Assembly (NCBI RefSeq): GCF_009914755.1
Contig: NC_060944.1
DNA from: the human T2T-CHM13v2.0 reference genome, Homo sapiens
Strand: one strand, 5' to 3'
DNA length: 64,000 nucleotides
Made by a program: the position numbers and the translations under genes
Shown: one piece after another, positions 22,938 to 37,017 of the stretch
How the letters are laid out: each line of letters begins with the position of its first letter
Position numbering within the stretch: the first letter of the stretch is position 1
Notes under the pieces: generated by a model
What the model was told of the DNA's origin: nothing
Database searches by the model: none
The model's input: the letters and a program-made list of their open reading frames with translations, nothing else

Positions 22938-24222
22938 CGTCTCTTCCGGGCCCGCGCGCGCGGCGGCGACCTGGGGCCTCTCGTGGTCTCTGCCCGCTCG
23001 GTTCCTCAGCTCCTCTTCGTGTCTTTCCCCCGCGGTGGCGCGGCCCTGCACCCCACGCGTTTGCGGCTGCGGCCGGCGGCCGCTCTGCTGGGCTCCGGGC
23101 GCTGCAGCTCCCGGCGGGCGTGTGCAGCCCGCAGATTCAGGACGACCCGGCTGCCCGGCTTAGCGCCTTTGGAGCTCCGCGCTGAAGGGGCCTTGCTCCG
23201 CACAGGCACGGCACGCAAGCTTTTGGGGTGCCCAGTGGCTCTGTTTTCAAGTCACAGCCGGCCCGCAGGGTGCGGACCTTTCCACATCTCACTTGGGCCG
23301 CTAGAAAATAGAAGGTGGGGAAGGAGTTTCTTGGGGTGCATTCTGCAAGCTACCAGCCTCCCTCCTGGCCCAAGGTTGGGGTTAAAGCCTAATGTGTTTT
23401 ACGTGCTATTGATTTTATCCCATGGTAAGGGAGCCCCCCTTCCCCGTACTCACTCTCCATGCCTTTGACCAAGATAATTTGGTGAGATGTTTGCACTTCT
23501 CGTTTAAATGAACAGTTTGCTATGGAGACTAGAATCTGGGAACGATAGAGATAACAGTCTCCAGATTTTTTTTTTTGGTACTTTTATTTCAGGAAATATC
23601 CGTGACCTGCTGATCAGCAGTGACTATTCTGTTCTCTCAGTTCATATTTTCTTTCTTATTCAAGTTGACAGACCTTTAATGGGTGATTACTGTGTGGAAG
23701 CTACCTCACTAAGCACCTTGGGAATACAAAGATAAGGAAACTCCACTCTTCCAGAGTCTATCAGTGATTCACGACCTTGCTGAGAACAGGGTCATTGGTG
23801 AATTTTCAGAAAACAACTTGGCAGTGATTGGGGTTGAACCTAGTTCACCAAGGGTGAAAATAATGGACTGGATGAATCAAGAGTAAACAGTCTTTTCTTG
23901 ATTTGCCTACCCAGACCTTTGGACTGTGCTATGTGCTTGATATACAGAGATGAAGTGGATGAGGTCTTTGTTCTTGGTGTTCACAGACTGTGGAAATTAG
24001 AAGAGAGGAAGCATGTGATGGTACAAGAATTTTGACGAGGGGTTGAGATGACTTAACAATGAAAGGGCACAGGAGAGATCAGAGATTTGGGATTAAAATG
24101 TGCTCCTAAGGGGCTGGCTTTTGGAATAGAGGCAGAAGACTTCCGCCTCTTACAAGGAAAAGTAAAAGATGTTGATCCTGGGAAAACTTGAGATGGAGTA
24201 AAATTTAGTATGACAGATGATC

Positions 24223-24230
24223 TGACGTCA
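24223..24230. promoter_or_regulatory. Full CRE palindrome TGACGTCA
   Basis: Exact motif in intron 1; motif only, no functional evidence. Confidence 0.4.
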
Positions 24231-24289
24231 GTGAAGTGATGTTTGAAGGGTTTGGGTAGGGATGGATTAGAGCTTGGCTTTGGACCCTA

Positions 24290-24447
24290 ACTGAACATCA
24301 AATGTTCCCGGAAAGTTTTTACAATGTGACTAAGGCTTGGTCCCCACCCCAGACCATTTAAACCAGAATCTCCTGGGGATGGGGACCTGGTTCAACAATG
24401 TTTTAAAAGTAACCCAGAGAATTTTAACACAGGGCTAAGCACCATTG
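24290..24447. mobile_element. MER5A-like hAT remnant
   Basis: ccccaccccagacc...agaatctc...ggggacctgg pattern; recalled consensus. Confidence 0.55.
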
Positions 24448-24500
24448 TGTTACAGAGTGGAAAAGTGGTTATTTGGAAGTTAGAGCTGAAGAACCAAAAT

Positions 24501-24503
<3 letters not shown>

Positions 24504-24531
<28 letters not shown>
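24504..24531. repeat. (GT)14 microsatellite
   Basis: Direct reading. Confidence 0.95.
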
Positions 24532-25381
24532 ATTTTTTTTCCTTTTATGTCCGGTTCTTCATTAGGGGCTTACATTGTATTAATAGCAGTGGGAAAGACT
24601 AGGACAAATGATTAGCACAGTGGATGTGTCGGAAGGTTCAAGGAAGCAAGAAATTAAATAATGAATATTGATTCCTGACCGTCTACCACATACCAGGCAG
24701 TGTATTAAGCACTTTATGTATATCATCTGTAATCCTCACAGTAACCTAGCAAAAATTAAGCAGTGCTACATGAGGAGCCAGAGTTCTAGGTGTTAGGGTT
24801 GGAAGAATAAAGAGGTCTTTAGTGATTAGTAAGGAAAGTTGTTAGAAAGGTAGTTCAGTGAGGGTCACAGGAAGGATGTGTGAGGCAATCAGCATAGACC
24901 TTGAAACCTAGAGGAAGATAGCAAATGATGGGATGGAGAGCCAGATCATAAGCACACGTGACATCTCTGAGAAGGAAGGGTAGGATCTGGGAGGCAGGTG
25001 TGGAAGGAATGATTCTGGTGAATGGTGTGGGCTTGGGAGGGTGGGTATCGGTGTGTCATGGTGTAAGAAGCACAGGACAGGAAGACCTGCAGTTGGGGGA
25101 GTGGAATAAGCACCTCCGTTTTTGTCTCAGTGGTGATCTTGCCAAGGGTGCATGGTTCAAGACAGTTGTGTTTCAGTTGAGTTATATCAATCCCGGGACT
25201 CCTTCAAATCCCTCATAATGAAGCTGTAGGCCTGGAGGAGGTCCAGCAAGTAGGTATTATATTAGGTGAGTTTTTAAAAATAGGTAAAATAATTTGGAAA
25301 AAACCCCACAAACATACGCAGGCCCTGGGCCCCACTCCCATTAATTCTACTCTATATAGCCACTATTAAAAACCATTTATT

Positions 25382-25712
25382 GGCCAGGCACGGTAGCTCA
25401 TGCCTGTAATCCCAGCACTTTGGGAGGCTGAGGCAGGCAGATCATTTGAGGTCAGGAGTTCGAGACCAGCCTGGCCAACGTGGTGAAACCCCGTCTCTAC
25501 TAAAAATACAAAAAAATTAGCCAGGCCTGGTGGCGCACGCCTGTAATCTCAGCTACTGGGGAGGCTGAGGCACAAGAATCGCTTTAACTCAGAAGGTGGA
25601 GATTGCAGTGAGCTAAGATCGTGCCATGGAGCCAAGATCTCCAGCCTGGGTGACAGAACGAGACTCCTTCTCAAAAAAAAAAAAAAAAAAAACAATAAAA
25701 CAAAACAAAAAA
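25382..25712 (+). mobile_element. AluS
   Basis: Alu dimer with poly-A. Confidence 0.92.
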
Positions 25713-25717
25713 AACCC

Positions 25718-25875
25718 TATTTATTTATTTTGAGATGGGGCTTGTTCTGTCACCCAGGTGGGAGTGAAGTGGCACAATCTTAGCTCACTGCAGCCTGTGC
25801 CTCCCAGGCTGAGGTGATCCTATCACCTCAGCCTCCGGAGTAGCTGGGAACACAGGCACACACCACCACTCCCTG

Positions 25876-25909
<34 letters not shown>

Positions 25910-26042
25910 TATTTTTGCTAGAGATGGGATTTTGCCATGTTGCCCAGGCTGGTCTAGAACTTCTGAGCTCAAGCAGTCTGCCTGCCTTGGCCTAAGATTA
26001 CAGGAGTGCTGGGATTACAGGAGTGAGCCACCACGCCTGGCC
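25718..26042 (-). mobile_element. AluJ-like, with expanded central T tract
   Basis: Reverse Alu, tail-to-tail with the previous Alu. Confidence 0.88.
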
Positions 26043-26460
26043 TAAAACCTTTAGAGTATTTTGTGAGCAATAAACTATAAAATGTTAGTTATTAGTAATG
26101 ACTGATGTTTTTAAAAGTCTCTTCTTGGGTGCCAGGTCCACGTTCTGAAGTGCTGTGGTTTTTTAGTGCTTACTAAGGTAACTACCATTGATGAGCATTT
26201 ATTTTTTCCGCTGGTAGTAGCATCCTTCTTTTTCTTCTTTCTCTGTTATATAATTAATTAATAATTCTGCATGATTTTTACATTGTTAACTTTACATGCT
26301 AGAAGCCAAGTTGAGATTTTAGTAATCTGCATTTTTTCTGTCGGTGTTTATTGTTCAGCTAGGATAAGTGCTAACAGAAGAGTAGTTTAGAGTGTTACTG
26401 TAGTAACTCGCCAAGTTTTTAAAGCATTACATATCAATTAAACTTTAAAAATTTAACATT

Positions 26461-26765
26461 GGCCGGGTGCAGTGGCTCACGCCTGTAATCCGGCACTTTG
26501 GGAGGCTGAGGCAGGTGGATTACTTGAGATCAGGAGTTCGAGACCAGCTTGGCTGACGTGGTGAAACCCCGTCTCTACTAAAAATACAAAAATTAGCTGG
26601 GCATGGTGATGCACGCCTGTAGTCTCAGCTACTCGGGAGGCTGAGGCCGGAGAATCACTTGAACCCAGGAGGTGGAGGTTGCGGTGAGCTGCGGAGTGCA
26701 GCCACTGCACTCCAGCCTGGGCGACAGAGCGAGACTCTTGTCTCAAAAAATAAATCAAAAAAAAT
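26461..26765 (+). mobile_element. AluS
   Basis: Alu dimer; TSD aaaatttaacat. Confidence 0.92.
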
Positions 26766-27065
26766 TTAACATAGTGCCAGTTTTTTTTTTCTGTTATTTC
26801 CCATTAAATTTTCTGTACTAAATGTTCAGGAATTTCTTAAAATATGATAAGAAATCATTTCAGTAATAACATTTAGCACACTACCAAATTTATTTGATCG
26901 TTTATTACATTTTACATTTGTACAGAAAATTAAAATAGTAACTGGGTATTTGGAATCTGAAAGTTTTAAGTATATTTTGGTAACACTGTTATTTGGATTT
27001 GAATGGCACAAGGATGGGGACCACCTGTTCGGGATGTTACTGAAATCTGTTTCTTACGTTTTTAG

Positions 27066-27215
27066 AGGCTTCGTGACGGAGTTATCAGAGACATTGAGAG
27101 GCAAATTCGGAAAAAAGAAAACATTCGTCTTTTGGGAGAACAGATTATTTTGACTGAGCAACTTGAAGCAGAAAGAGAGAAGATGTTATTGGCAAAAGGA
27201 TCTCAAAAATCATGA
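27066..27215 (+). CDS. PET117: PET117 coding exon 2 (aa 33-81 and stop)
   Basis: Acceptor ttttag|AGG; RLRDGVIRDIERQIRKKENIRLLGEQIILTEQLEAEREKMLLAKGSQKS*; spliced product is 81 aa. Confidence 0.95.
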   Translation, partial: RLRDGVIRDIERQIRKKENIRLLGEQIILTEQLEAEREKMLLAKGSQKS

Positions 27216-27517
27216 CTTGAATGTGAAATATCTGTTGGACAGACAACACGAGTTTGTGTGTGTGTGTTGATGGAGAGTAGCTTAGTAGTATCTTCATCTT
27301 TTTTTTGGTCACTGTCCTTTTAAACTTGATCAAATAAAGGACAGTGGGTCATATAAGTTACTGCTTTCAGGGTCCCTTATATCTGAATAAAGGAGTGTGG
27401 GCAGACACTTTTTGGAAGAGTCTGTCTGGGTGATCCTGGTAGAAGCCCCATTAGGGTCACTGTCCAGTGCTTAGGGTTGTTACTGAGAAGCACTGCCGAG
27501 CTTGTGAGAAGGAAGGG

Positions 27518-27776
27518 ATGGATAGTAGCATCCACCTGAGTAGTCTGATCAGTCGGCATGATGACGAAGCCACGAGAACATCGACCTCAGAAGGACTGGA
27601 GGAAGGTGAAGTGGAGGGAGAGACGCTCCTGATCGTCGAATCCGAGGATCAGGCATCAGTGGACTTATCGCACGACCAGAGTGGGGATTCCCTCAACAGT
27701 GATGAAGGAGACGTGTCTTGGATGGAGGAGCAGCTGTCCTACTTCTGTGACAAGTGCCAAAAATGGATACCAGCCA
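27518..27776 (+). CDS. KAT14: KAT14 (CSRP2BP/ATAC2) first coding segment, in the same exon as the PET117 3' CDS
   Basis: Strong Kozak gggATGg; MDSSIHLSSLISRHDDEATR...YFCDKCQKWIPA; donor CCA|gtaagg, phase 1. Confidence 0.95.
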
Positions 27777-27870
27777 GTAAGGAGCTTCTCAATTCCTTTG
27801 ATTTGTCAATTCCTGTGTGAAGGTTTGTTTTTCCAACCTGTGAAAGAAACGTGAATGTAAAAGAGACCTA

Positions 27871-28009
27871 AATAAAAGGATAATTATATTTATTCTCTAG
27901 TTGATCAGCTATAAATTTATATAAAACATAGGCATGTTTGTACTAATGAAACGTACTGTCAACCTCTATCACATTGTTAAATTAACACTTTTGGTGGTAA
28001 CTCAATAAA
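27871..28009 (+). terminator. Candidate poly(A) signals for PET117-only transcripts (AATAAA at 27871 and 28004)
   Basis: Canonical hexamers downstream of the 27777 donor in AT-rich sequence; TGTA motifs upstream. Confidence 0.6.
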
Positions 28010-28314
28010 ATTGAGAAAATTGGAAATCCTGTGTTACTTAAAGAATTAGCCATATTTTTCTAACAAGGTCACAGAGATTTAGGGCCAAATTCCAGTCCCA
28101 GTGTTGAATTCATGTTCAAGTTTATAAAAATTACTTTGTTAATATTTAACTTACGTGGAGAACTCCTGCTATTGTATACTGAAAAGAGGTTAGAATTAGC
28201 AGATTGAAGGTGTTTTTTGCCCTTTTTCTAGGACCAGTCTTTTTTTCCATTTTCCTTTTTTTCTGCTGGCAAGAGATACCTCATACACACTCCCTGATTG
28301 CCTCAATCTTGAGA

Positions 28315-28787
<473 letters not shown>

Positions 28788-30089
28788 TGATCTTGAGATT
28801 TTCAATGGCCAGCTTCCTGGCACCTGAGGAGTATGGCTTGCCAGCCATCATATGGTTTATACCGAAACAGGATTTTCCCATTAGGCAAGAGACTAGTAAA
28901 GATATAGGTACTTGAGGAATGCCTTTGTGTAATATAATTTGTAACCAAGTCAGAGAAATACATATATAACTGTGAAGAGGGTCATTTTCTGGCATGTGGA
29001 AATGTTTTTCTTAAAATGGTTTCAACTTCAAATTTAGTCACTGTTAACAAATTAATAGTAACATTTTCACAGGAAATGCAGAATTTACTAGTTAGCTGGT
29101 TTTTGCTTCTGAGCGGTCTCTGTTATTAATTTCAGGTTCTGCCTGAATTCTCAGTGGCTTTCCCTTTGTCCTGTTGAGGACAAATTTTAAGCTACCCTTT
29201 GTGGTCAGGACCCTGCTAACTGTAGTTTCTTTGATTCCCACACAACTTTGCAGTTAGGGTGAACTTATTCTTCACAAACAATTCTTATCCTTAGGGCTTT
29301 GCACAGTTTTTTTCTTCTGGAATATGCATCTCCACAGCCTCCATTCTCCCTATACACAAAGAGACCCCTTTTCACCTGGCCAATTTCTAATCCTAAGCCT
29401 CCCCCTAATATAGGTTGGGCCTCCTTTTATTTACCCTCACACTGCCCTGTGGTACACAGCACATTCCATTCCTTATGTGTCACAGAGCATCAGCATCACC
29501 TGAGGGACTAAGAAATGTAACTCCTAGGCTCTGCTTCAGAAATTGATGCATTTTATCTGGGCTAGAATCAAGCATATTTAGAAAACCAAGAACAACTTGG
29601 GTGATTCCAATGCACTGTGAGCATGGAGAACCACTGTGTTGTTGTGATCACCTATTTTCTATGCAGCCCTCAGGGAAGTGCAAACCTGTGAGATCAGGCA
29701 CCATTATCTGTCTTGGACTTTGTATTCCCAGTTCCTAGCCCAGTGCCTGGTATGCAGAGGGAGCTCATATTTTTTGAAAGAATGTGTGAAGAGACCTGCC
29801 TCTGGGAGTCAGGAATGTGACAATTGGGAAATCCAGCAACAATACCTGCTTTTCCAGTACCTTTCTCCTAAAAGTTACTGGATCCTACAGATCTTAGTGG
29901 GCGTATACTTGGTGTTAGAAGAATAGAAATCTTTCTAATTCCCTTCCTTTTCCCCATTTTGCAATTGTGGGTTGGCTGAAGAAAAGAAGACAACATGGGA
30001 AAGGAAAATCTGGGTGATAAACGGATTAAACCTTTAGGTTACCGCTGCTCTAGATAAACCCATGATGTGACTTTTTGTTTTTCTCCTAG

Positions 30090-30208
30090 GTCAGCTGAGG
30101 GAACAGCTCAGTTACCTTAAGGGTGATAATTTTTTTAGGTTTACTTGTTCGGATTGCTCAGCAGATGGCAAGGAGCAGTATGAAAGGCTGAAGCTGACAT
30201 GGCAGCAA
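30090..30208 (+). CDS. KAT14: KAT14 coding exon 2
   Basis: ttctcctag|GT...CAA|gtgagt; (S)QLREQLSYLKGDNFFRFTCSDCSADGKEQYERLKLTWQQ; phases compatible. Confidence 0.95.
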
Positions 30209-30339
30209 GTGAGTAAAAAGCCCTTCCCCAAATCCATGAGGGTGGTTCCCCCAGGAGTTTGTTGGAACGAATATCTAGAAACTTAGGGATGAGCTTTTGA
30301 GTTGTTTGGAGGGGCACTTTTTATTTCGCAATGAAATTA

Positions 30340-30774
<435 letters not shown>

Positions 30775-31114
30775 TTAAGAACAATAAAACTATTTTTTTA
30801 AAGTGGAAAGATGGCTATGTTGAAAATAGATTTGGAAGAAGGAAGGTGACTGATTGCAAAAACCAACATAACCCAGCTTTTCTGCATTTGAACTCGGAGA
30901 TGTTTGAATTTTTGTTTGCTGAAATACTTGTTCCTTTTTAACTGTCTCTAATATCAGCACCCTAATCTAAGTCAGCTGTATCCTAAACAATAGCTTTTTG
31001 CTGATCTCCAGGTTGTATTAAATTGTTTTAGTTTTGTTTCTATGTCAATATGTTAATGTATAATATGAATAATAAGGCATCAGTGTATACTTTTTAGTTC
31101 AAAAACCAGATGAA

Positions 31115-31728
<614 letters not shown>

Positions 31729-32424
31729 TTAGTTTTTATGTTCATTCATTCATTCAACAGATACTGAGTACCTGTTATGAACCAGGTGCTGTTCTAGGCC
31801 TGAGACTACTGTGGTGAACGAGACAGCTAAGGCCTCTGCCCCAAGACAGCTGACATTCTATACTTAATTTTGATAATAAACAGATCAACAAGATAATTAC
31901 CCACAGCACTTTTTACTTTGAAGGAAATAGAGTAATGAGAAAGATTTTAAATTACACCATTTTAGCCACTTATGGTGTTCCTTGTAAATTGTAGTTGCCT
32001 TAGCAGCCTTCGTCTATTATCTTAATTATCAGTGCTTTATTAGGACAGCTGATGAAATCTGTCAGTGTTGAATTAGGAAGCCTTTTCTTTGACTTGCCTG
32101 AAAAAAATGTAAGTAGAAAATGAAGAGAAGTTTGTATTGAGGATAGAGCCTTATGAATATTATAACTGGGACATTTTTCTCAAGTGTACATGGGATACTG
32201 TGTGTAGGCAAGATCTTATTAATAGATTATTGTGATATGTGCACACAGGTAGATTTGTATTTGTCCTGCAAGTTGTTTCTCATAAAAGCTGTAAAATGGA
32301 AGAAGAGCAAATATATGTAAATTTTCAAAAATGTGAGTTTTCTGTAGTGGTTCTTTTTAAAAGAAAAGCTGGCTTTTGCTTATTTTGCTCAGAGTATGTA
32401 ATATTGGCTCACTTTGCATATTTA

Positions 32425-32758
<334 letters not shown>

Positions 32759-33430
32759 TAGACTAACATAACTTGCAGATTATTTTTTCACTTCCAAAAT
32801 ACGTATTGATGGTGGATACTAACCTGGTAGGGTGAAGTGATAACTTAGGTTGCACATATGTGGTTCTTAGCAAACAACTGACCAGTATTTCTAGTTGCAT
32901 CTGAAAAAGCCCATCTCTCACTGAAGACCTGAAAGAGAATCAGTTGGTCTTGAATGGACTCCATTGATGTAGCCACATTCTTAGTATATTGAAATGTGGG
33001 TTTTCCGTCTTTAAATTTTAAACTTTGAAAGATTTACCAAAGAAATATGTAGAAATGCTTGTAACACAAATAGCATTTTGTTTGTATTATAAAATACTTA
33101 CAGTAAAGAGGTCTGATCTCCTGATTAAAAAGCCCCTTCTTGCCACACTCCCTTTCTGTGTCCTCTCCTCTTCCTTGGTGACTCCTGTGAATAGCAGTTC
33201 CATACGTAGGAGAAACTTTATCAAACATTTGGGAAGGATAGGGAAGTTTTTGCATTCTTTTCCTGGAGACTCATTCTTATGGCACAAGTAAAGATACTAT
33301 GATCGATCTTTGCTTGTTATTTTTCTAGTGTTCTTCAGCATATACTGAGTACCTGCCAGCTCTGAGCTAGGCCCTGTGGATACATTGGTCCACAAGATCA
33401 GCCTCATTACTGATGAGCTTGGTCTGGTAA

Positions 33431-33788
<358 letters not shown>

Positions 33789-34547
33789 TAAATTCCAGGA
33801 GAGAAGGAAAAACAGGTCCTTTATATATTAGTTTATAGTTTGCCTAGTAAAGATTAAGTGATAATAGAAAAAGTTATTTTCAAGTAAATATGTAAGCTTT
33901 TTAGGGTCATAAAATGTCTCAATTATACAAAAAAGTCATAGAAATACTTTATCACTGAGATTATCAGCAAATACATATTTCTGAGATACTCTTCTGAGAG
34001 TGGGCAAAGCTCGTTCTATGATTTTCTTAAATTATTTATTGAGCAATAATTATTTTTTAAAATTGTGATGAAATATGCATAACATATAGTTTACCATTTT
34101 TTAGTGTACAGTGCAGTGGAATTAAGTACATTCACATTGCTGTGTAATCACCACCACCATCCACCTCCAGAATTTTTTTATCTTTACAAAATGAAACTCC
34201 GTGCCCATTAAACACTAACTTCCCATGAATATTGATTGTTTAAAGGAAGATGTTTGTTGGCTGATGTAGACCAGATGCAGATATAACTGGAAGACATTTT
34301 TTAAAATCTGTTCATGGGGTTAATTGTTTTTAGACTGTCTGCAAGTATTGCAAGTTTAAGAATGGGGGAAATTGAAACTTGGTTAGTGAAGGGTCAGAAT
34401 TACTGGGCCCCTTTGAGTGGTGTAGATATTGCTCTTTCCGTAAGACTGCTGGGGATTTAATGCTGTGAATACAGATGTTGGGGGCATTAACTGCAATTTA
34501 CTACACTCCTTACAGCTACAGGATGCTCTTTATAGAAATAAGGATTA

Positions 34548-34838
34548 GGCTGGCCGCAGTGGCTCACATCTGTAATCCCAGCACTTTTGGAGGCTGAGGC
34601 GGGCAGGTCACTTGAGGTCAGGAGTTTGAAACCCTGTCTCTACTGAAAATACAAAAATTAGCCAGGAGTGGTGGTGCGCATCTGAGATCCCAGCTACTTG
34701 GGAGGCTGAGGCAGGAAAATTGCTTGAACCCAGGAATCAGAGGTTGCAGTGAGCCGAGATCGCACCATCACATTCCAGCTTGGGCATCACAGTGGGACTC
34801 TTGTCTCAAAAAAACCAAACAAACAAATACAAAAAAAC
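34548..34838 (+). mobile_element. AluS with small internal deletion
   Basis: Alu dimer lacking part of the left arm. Confidence 0.9.
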
Positions 34839-35677
34839 ATCTATATGAGTATCTGAGTATAGATGCAAAGAAAAATGTCTGAAAGGATGGGATTATTTCT
34901 TGATGGTGGATTTCAAGTGATTTTTACTTCCTTCCCATTTGGGGCCATGAATTCCTCATCTGTAAAATAAGAGTAGATTAGATTAGGAGTTTGCATCCTG
35001 AGCTCTGGGGTTGTCTTGGAGCGCTCTGAAAATGGGCTGAGTGGCTAGGCCTTTCAGTTCCCTGTTTCTTCTCTAATGCTGATTTCATTTGAAGGAGGGG
35101 TTTGACAGGTAAAAATGGCTAAGTCACCGAGTAGATAGATGGCATGTAGCATTATTTTTAGTTCTGAAATTCTGAGTCTTGTTTTTGCCATCTAAGAGCT
35201 TAGAGAAATATATACAAGGGTAATTTTCAAGATATTTGATAAAGGGTAGTGCCGTTGGTCAGAAAATGCTGGCTGGAGTAGGCACCTGGAGGCCTCCTGC
35301 TGGCCAGAAGGTACCCCTTGATTTAGGACTACACTGTGTAGGGTGCGGGATCCTTGGGACAATGCCTGTTTATCAGCTGATTCAGGGGCATCTCTGTTGT
35401 AGCCATCAGTTCAGCCACACATTAGCCCTGCATGTGTGGCACCTAAGGATTAGATGCTTAGTTCTGCACATAATTAAGTGGATTAGTGATAATCTAACGA
35501 AAGTAAAAAAGGAAGTAAATTCTACCCTGGGAATATTCCAAGATACCGTCCGTCCTTTGTTCGCTCTGTTCCCCACCATTCCTACTCAGAATATAAAACA
35601 GAAGAAGCTTTTCCCCCCTCAAGATTAACATCCCTAACCGTGCTGTTCTCCCACCTCTTGTTTCAATTGTGTTTCAG

Positions 35678-35799
35678 GTCGTCATGTTGGCAATGTACAA
35701 CTTGTCTCTGGAAGGAAGTGGACGTCAAGGTTATTTCAGGTGGAAAGAAGATATCTGTGCTTTTATTGAGAAACATTGGACTTTTTTACTAGGGAATAG
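35678..35799 (+). CDS. KAT14: KAT14 coding exon 3
   Basis: gtttcag|GTC...AATAG|gtaatg; VVMLAMYNLSLEGSGRQGYFRWKEDICAFIEKHWTFLLGN(R). Confidence 0.95.
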
Positions 35800-35894
35800 G
35801 TAATGTGTTTTTAAAAAATCTTATACTTCAAGGAATATGTAAAGAATGAAGTATACAGGATTTGAGACAGCCTAATGTAGACTTGTTAGAGATT

Positions 35895-36480
<586 letters not shown>

Positions 36481-36520
36481 TACCTTGTTAGAGATTTAGA
36501 GTGTTTACTTGTGGCAATTA

Positions 36521-36918
<398 letters not shown>

Positions 36919-37017
36919 TTAGAATGTTAAAAAATAAGAGTTGTATTACATGAGACTGTTCAAGAGTTGGATAAGTCAATATTTCACTTGAGGAGATAGG
37001 GTTATTATATTCTTTTA

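Larger units (their letters stand above)
22200..23280. promoter_or_regulatory. CpG island / TATA-less promoter shared by PET117 and KAT14
   Basis: Abrupt rise in GC and CpG density around the first coding exon. Confidence 0.9.

Noticed and set aside
22230-23468. Overlapping Arg/Ala/Pro-rich ORFs on both strands, including 180 aa at 22926-23468
   Set aside because: Expected from stop-codon scarcity in a GC-rich island; no recognisable domain.
27467-27517. GTG-initiated 17-aa N-terminal extension of KAT14
   Set aside because: Artefact of the ORF caller's alternative starts; the ATG at 27518 has strong context.
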